From the IMG/VR virus record IMGVR_UViG_3300012953_000180, positions 1 to 27,141 of that record: a stretch of DNA of 27,141 nt, one strand, 5' to 3'. Source of the stretch: a virus (taxonomy: Duplodnaviria; Caudoviricetes). The number at the start of each line of letters is the position of its first letter. The stretch's first letter is position 1. The position numbers were made by a program, and so were the translations under genes. The notes under the pieces were generated by a model. It was given only the letters and a program-made list of their open reading frames with translations, ran no database searches and was not told the DNA's origin. This document shows positions 25,782-27,141 of this stretch, piece by piece.

Positions 25782-25838
25782 CACTTTATGAAAGAAAAAA
25801 TCTCATGTAAAATGCATTAGTGGGTTGCGTTTCTCTGG

Positions 25839-25949
25839 ACAGCCCAAAAGGGTGGAGCGAAGCTCCCTTGGGCTGTACTAACTAATACCCGCAAGGGACT
25901 CGGCAGAGGTGACTGAAAGGAACAATTAGTTAGTTATATTTTTTATTTT
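25839..25949 (+). ncRNA. Candidate structured small RNA or DNA hairpin element
   Basis: ACAGCCCAA/TTGGGCTGT stem with inner GGAGC-GAA-GCTCC; ACTAACTAAT/ATTAGTTAGT stem closing CCC-GCAA-GGG, CTC-GGCA-GAG and CT-GAAA-GG arms; T-rich tail. Confidence 0.45.
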
Positions 25950-25960
25950 CGTCTCAGTAG

Positions 25961-25986
25961 AAAAGGCAGGGGCCGAAGCCCCCACC
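25961..25986 (-). terminator. Intrinsic terminator
   Basis: GGTGGGGGC-TTCG-GCCCCTGCC-TTTT after the stop at 25991. Confidence 0.7.
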
Positions 25987-25990
25987 AATG

Positions 25991-26116
25991 TTATGACCAT
26001 TTCAAGTTACGTTTAAGCAACTTCTGGACTGCTCTGCGCATGATGTCTGCTTGCCGTGGATTGCGCGGAAACAGAAACTTGCGCCCTGCGTATTTCATCA
26101 TAAGACGTTTTCTCAT
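25991..26116 (-). CDS. 41-aa highly basic peptide
   Basis: MRKRLMMKYAGRKFLFPRNPRQADIMRRAVQKLLKRNLKWS; own promoter cassette and terminator. Confidence 0.65.
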   Translation of the reverse strand: MRKRLMMKYAGRKFLFPRNPRQADIMRRAVQKLLKRNLKWS

Positions 26117-26136
26117 AATAGCCCGAAGGCAGGGAC

Positions 26137-26164
26137 AGACTATCAACCATCCATAACAAGTCAA
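26137..26164 (-). promoter_or_regulatory. sigma70-type promoter (early cassette 1)
   Basis: TTGACT-N16-TAGTCT with TG extension, then GCC-TTCG-GGC and ATG. Confidence 0.7.
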
Positions 26165-26187
26165 CATAAAAATAAAAAATAAAATGG

Positions 26188-26215
26188 TTGACGCAAATTC
26201 TGATTCTGGTACTTT
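26188..26215 (+). promoter_or_regulatory. sigma70-type promoter (divergent early cassette 4)
   Basis: TTGACG-N16-TACTTT with TG extension, then TGCGGT-AAC-ACCGCA hairpin and ATG at 26242; back-to-back with cassette 1 across an A-tract. Confidence 0.7.
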
Positions 26216-26241
26216 GGGGGTGCGGTAACACCGCAAATGTT

Positions 26242-26469
26242 ATGACAATAGAAAACCTAAAGTTGGCCGTTCGCGCAATGGGATCAGTAATAAATGATCT
26301 TACGAACGAACTGGATGCGTTGCAAGAGAAGTACGACGACCTCAAACGAGATGAACGTCGCTACGCTGAGTGGTGGAAGGATGAAACTAAAGAGACCGAT
26401 AGGCTCAAGGCTATACTTGAGAAAAGCGGCATTGCAATCGAACCAGTAGAAATGAATGAATCGGATTGA
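26242..26469 (+). CDS. Hypothetical coiled-coil protein (75 aa)
   Basis: ATG at 26242 (MTIENLKLAVRAM...), promoter upstream and terminator downstream. Confidence 0.7.
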   Translation: MTIENLKLAVRAMGSVINDLTNELDALQEKYDDLKRDERRYAEWWKDETKETDRLKAILEKSGIAIEPVEMNESD

Positions 26470-26518
26470 TAAATTCTGCCTGTGCTTCTTGCTAGGCTTT
26501 ATAATAATCGTGATAGTC

Positions 26519-26545
26519 AAGTCCCTCAGTTGAGGGGCTTTTTTT
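26519..26545 (+). terminator. Intrinsic terminator
   Basis: AAGTCCCTCA-GT-TGAGGGGCTT-TTTTT. Confidence 0.75.
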
Positions 26546-26554
26546 GTGCCTAGA

Positions 26555-26582
26555 GGGGGAGGGGTAACAAAGGGGGAGGGGG
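26555..26582 (+). other. Four G-tract (G-quadruplex-capable) motif
   Basis: GGGGG-A-GGGG-TAACAAA-GGGGG-A-GGGGG. Confidence 0.55.
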
Positions 26583-26675
26583 CCCGGAAGTCGTGCCGCT
26601 ACTGGACTATAACCTCCTCTGAAAAAATGACCCCAAAAACACTATGAGACAAAACATACTTTATCTTATAAAATT

Positions 26676-26692
26676 CTGGCACGAACTCTGCT
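26676..26692 (+). promoter_or_regulatory. sigma54 -24/-12 promoter heading the rightward (putative late) unit
   Basis: CTGGCACGAACTCTGCT: GG-N10-GC spacing, one mismatch to YTGGCACG-N4-TTGCW; shares TGGCACGAA with the 20399-20415 site. Confidence 0.7.
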
Positions 26693-26782
26693 TCAACTGC
26701 CCTATGTGTGAACGATCAATCGAAATTTGCAAGTCAACGCCGCTAATCCAGTACGCCCTCTTCTTCAACCCAAACCTATTCG

Positions 26783-27141
26783 ATGCCTACCGAGTCTAAC
26801 ATTGTTCAAGAGTTCGCTGAAGGGCCAACTCCTGACACCGTTGACGCATTCGGTAAAGTAGCTGAAGGCCCACTCATAAAGTACAATCCCGGTGGCTTCG
26901 CCCAGTTTCGAGCCGAGTCAACTGGATTACCTCCTGCTCGCGCCCAATTCGGCAACGAAGAATTTTGGGGTCAACTTGTCACACCCACAACCACAGACAC
27001 AGGATTAGACACAAAACCAGATAAAGGGCCAGATACAGTTGACACAGGACTATCGAATGATCAAATAGACGCAATCGTAAAAGAAAGCGACGATGCAAAC
27101 AAAGAACTTGAAGATTGGTATCGCAGATCAAGTAGCGATGA
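26783..27141 (+). CDS. Hypothetical acidic protein, 3'-truncated (not in ORF track)
   Basis: ATG at 26783, MPTESNIVQEFAEGPTPDTVDAFGK..., open for 119 codons to the window end. Confidence 0.65.
   Translation, partial: MPTESNIVQEFAEGPTPDTVDAFGKVAEGPLIKYNPGGFAQFRAESTGLPPARAQFGNEEFWGQLVTPTTTDTGLDTKPDKGPDTVDTGLSNDQIDAIVKESDDANKELEDWYRRSSSD

Noticed and set aside
25844-25866. CCAAAA...GGAGC-GAA-GCTCC resembling an N4 virion-RNAP hairpin promoter
   Set aside because: Single copy, spacing differs from what I recall for N4, and no N4-type polymerase is evident.
26013-26520. Track ORFs 26013-26345 (-) and 26284-26520 (-), and the upstream extensions of 25991-26236 and 26188-26469
   Set aside because: They run across the divergent promoter pair; the shorter ATG starts fit the promoter cassettes.
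26644-26799. 51-aa Cys-containing ORF (MRQNILYLIKFWHELCFNCPMC...) over the second sigma54 site
   Set aside because: Starts upstream of the predicted TSS, just after a terminator, with no promoter of its own; likely incidental, though not excluded.

Overview
A 27-kb segment of an uncharacterised tailed dsDNA phage with podovirus-like architecture and probably a Gram-negative host; no integrase or repressor is seen. (1) + strand 1-12.06 kb: lysis/virion module with an overlapped spanin-like pair, tail adaptor/nozzle-like proteins, a head-fibre-like protein, ejection-type proteins including a 2019-aa HExxH protein, and a PD-(D/E)XK endonuclease. (2) - strand 12.0-20.4 kb: replication/recombination module with a DUF3987-type AAA+ helicase-like protein, family A DNA polymerase carrying a degenerate UDG-like N-terminus, DUF669-like SSB, Sak4-like ATPase, Nmad1/DUF1599 protein and Cas4-like exonuclease. 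(3) 20.4-26.5 kb: small early-type genes behind four near-identical sigma70-type promoter cassettes. (4) The start of another + strand unit at 26.7 kb. The most notable observation is that the last early-type gene encodes a stand-alone sigma54 activator (bEBP AAA+ core, GSFTGA, no sensor or HTH domain). A consensus sigma54 -24/-12 promoter lies 22 bp downstream of it, heading the replication operon, and a second heads the divergent unit at 26.7 kb. This suggests a phage-encoded sigma70-to-sigma54 temporal switch. All family assignments come from motif recognition by eye, not database searches.
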